DNA of 63,959 nt, filler included, from an uncultured bacterium (lineage in GTDB: Bacteria > B130-G9), in NCBI GenBank assembly GCA_965372715.1. It is 4 parts of 4 records of this genome, joined end to end, with 100 filler letters (N's around TTAATTAATTAA, not from the genome) between each part and the next. Parts side by side here need not be neighbours in the genome. Positions count along the whole stretch, not along the records: positions 57,970 to 63,959 come from CBDVDH010000093.1; 3 more parts are not named here. One strand, given 5' to 3'. The stretch's first letter is position 1; each line of letters opens with the position of its first letter. The notes under the pieces were generated by a model that saw nothing but the letters and a program-made list of their open reading frames with translations, had not been told where the DNA came from and searched no databases. Position numbers and translations under genes: made by a program. Shown piece by piece: positions 62,190 to 63,959 of the stretch.

Positions 62190-62302
62190 ACTATTGTCCT
62201 CAGAATTCAATGCGGCGCCTCTTGGTCGCCATCAAGCTCGGTGCAACACCTGCCACAAAACGAACTGCTAAGATTGATGATAGTGCGGAGTCAGCAGTTT
62301 GG

Positions 62303-62974
62303 TCAACCCTGGTCTGGGCCCACGTCGTGAATCAGCGCCCGATGCTTCTCCTGAGTCATCCTGGCTCTCTCGGCCGTTATGATGCTCTGGATACTTGAGA
62401 CTGCCGAATCGACGTCATCGTTGACGACCAGATAATCGTATCTCTTTGATTCTCGGACCTCATCCTTTGCCCGACTAAGCCTCTTCGCGACCTCTACATC
62501 GTCCTCGCTCCCGCGTTCCGCAAGCCGGTCTCTGGTCTCAGAGAACGTCGGCGCGACGACGAAGATGAGCACGGTTCTCTTATACTTGGACCGAACGGCG
62601 ACGCCGCCCTGGACGTCTATCACAAGCAGCGCGTCCCTTCCTTGCGAGAAAATGCTCAGAACGTCCGATGCTCGTGTGCCATAGCGGTTGCCATGGACCT
62701 CGGCCCATTCAAGCATCTCGCCTCGCTCAACGAGCCTCTCGAAGTCGGCCTGTTGCAGGAAATAATAGTCGGCGTCGGGTCTCTCGCCCGGCCTTGGGGG
62801 TCGGGTCGTGCAGGACACGTTGAGGGCTACGCGTGAATCAACCGACGCGACGCGGCGCGCTACGGTGCTTTTGCCGGCGCCGGCAGGGCCGGAAAGGACA
62901 AACACAGCCCTGCCATCTGCCACGGCTTGGCGTAGAAGCTGTCCAGTCGAGCCCTCAGCCGACGCCGGGTACAT
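62303..62974 (-). CDS. gmk: Guanylate kinase
   Basis: SGPAGAGKST, SCTTRPPRPGE, EWAEVHGNRYGT, IDVQG, YDYLVVND. Confidence 0.96.
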   Translation of the reverse strand: MYPASAEGSTGQLLRQAVADGRAVFVLSGPAGAGKSTVARRVASVDSRVALNVSCTTRPPRPGERPDADYYFLQQADFERLVERGEMLEWAEVHGNRYGTRASDVLSIFSQGRDALLVIDVQGGVAVRSKYKRTVLIFVVAPTFSETRDRLAERGSEDDVEVAKRLSRAKDEVRESKRYDYLVVNDDVDSAVSSIQSIITAERARMTQEKHRALIHDVGPDQG

Positions 62975-63032
62975 TCTGTTACTAGTCTTTAGTTGTAAGC
63001 TCTGGTCGTCACACCTTCACGTATGATTCGAC

Positions 63033-63281
63033 TTACTTGAGTTTCTTGAGAAGCGCGTCCCGCTCGAAGCCGGTTAGCCACACGTGGTCGGAGTCAGTGA
63101 TGATCAGGGACTTAGTTCTGCTGCCCTGAGTCGCATCAATCAGCTTGCCGGCGAGGCTTGCGTTCTTCTTCAACTTCCGCGCTGGCGAGGAGTTGAAGGC
63201 TATCACGCCCACGATCCTTGAGGCGTCGAGGAAGTTGTTCTCCGTCTCCTCGATGATGATGTATTTCTTGTCCATGCTCAC
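63033..63281 (-). CDS. remA: DUF370 / RemA-family protein
   Basis: NF...RIVGVI..SSPARKL...LIDATQGSRTKSLIITDSDHV; directly upstream of gmk as usual. Confidence 0.8.
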   Translation of the reverse strand: MSMDKKYIIIEETENNFLDASRIVGVIAFNSSPARKLKKNASLAGKLIDATQGSRTKSLIITDSDHVWLTGFERDALLKKLK

Positions 63282-63323
63282 GTCACCTACCTTTCTTTTC
63301 TAGTTTTCTCGCGGCAATGGGCT

Positions 63324-63810
63324 CTATTTGGAGTGCCATGTCCGCATAAACGATCCAAGTTTGCCAAAACCTGCAATTGCATAACTTGCCGCTATTCTGT
63401 GATTCCTGCTCCTTAGTAGCCCTGACATAATATACCTTGCCGTGAAGTGGAATCTCTCAAAAGGCTCCCTGCAAACCCCTTCGCCATCGGCTTTCGACAG
63501 ACACAAATGCCTAAACTCAGGTTGTAGAATCGGGTCTTTTTCAACAAGAATTCCTAAGTCTTTACAAATATCGCAAAGAATTGTTCCTAGAAAACACATA
63601 GCAAGAATAAGCTCCGCAAAGGCCTCGTCAAGCTCAATTGCGAAGTCTATCGATTTTTTTCACGCTCTCGGGCATCTCCCAGGCCAAGCCGATGACGAAG
63701 AACATATACGCATCGATCCCGAACTGCTTGCACGCCGCCAGGGCGCGCCTCGAAGCAGCGAGCGTTTGGTGGGTGAAGCCTAACTGGCTGGATGCGAGCT
63801 CGACATACGT
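63324..63810 (-). pseudogene. Frameshifted C-terminal remnant of a (probably B12-dependent) radical SAM protein
   Basis: ACKQFGIDAYMFFVIGLAWEMPESVKK, then after a frameshift in an A7 run SIDFAIELDEAFAELILAMCFLGTILCDIC; 5' part replaced by a REPIN. Confidence 0.6.
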
Positions 63811-63825
63811 ACAGGCAATTCGGTG

Positions 63826-63959
63826 GATTGTCAAGATCAACGCGACGGTTTTCTTATGCGACGCGATTGTCGGAATCGGACTGTAGGGGCGGCGTCTCAG
63901 ACCCGCCCGCCTACATGAATCCCCGCGGATACGAGGCATCTTATGCGACCATCAATTCG
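63826..63959. repeat. REPIN/MITE-like element (runs to the window edge)
   Basis: 134-bp near-identical copy of 32898-33031. Confidence 0.85.

Overview
Draft-genome window from a GC-rich diderm bacterium (lptC/lptA fusion, lptB and an LpxL-like acyltransferase are present). It is four contigs joined by artificial N44-TTAATTAATTAA-N44 linkers (20880-20979, 39614-39713, 57870-57969), so adjacency across those points is not biological. Most of it is housekeeping: ackA, prmC, a HIT-lptC/A-lptB-rpoN-hpf-PTS(Man IIA-D)-ptsH-ptsI run, metK-ahcY-topA, aspS, rnr, coaBC, gmk and remA, plus envelope glycosyltransferases and secreted proteins. The best novelty candidate is an accessory locus at the 3' end of cinA (506-5910). 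There a 166-bp duplication of the cinA tail brackets a DUF4258 toxin-antitoxin-like pair. It is followed by a four-gene Dnd-like operon (68-aa protein, Mrr_N-type protein, DndD-like SMC ATPase, DndE-HerA/FtsK fusion) with no DndA, DndB or DndC. Other highlights are an orphan 40-aa RiPP-like precursor ahead of a gingipain-family protease, an unnamed domain shared by three secreted proteins, a PIN/MNT cluster where rpoZ normally sits, an epimerase fused to an apparently dead aminotransferase, a structured RNA candidate, and several REP/REPIN/MITE families. No rRNA, tRNA, CRISPR array, integrase or transposase was recognised. All family calls come from motif recognition by eye, not database searches.
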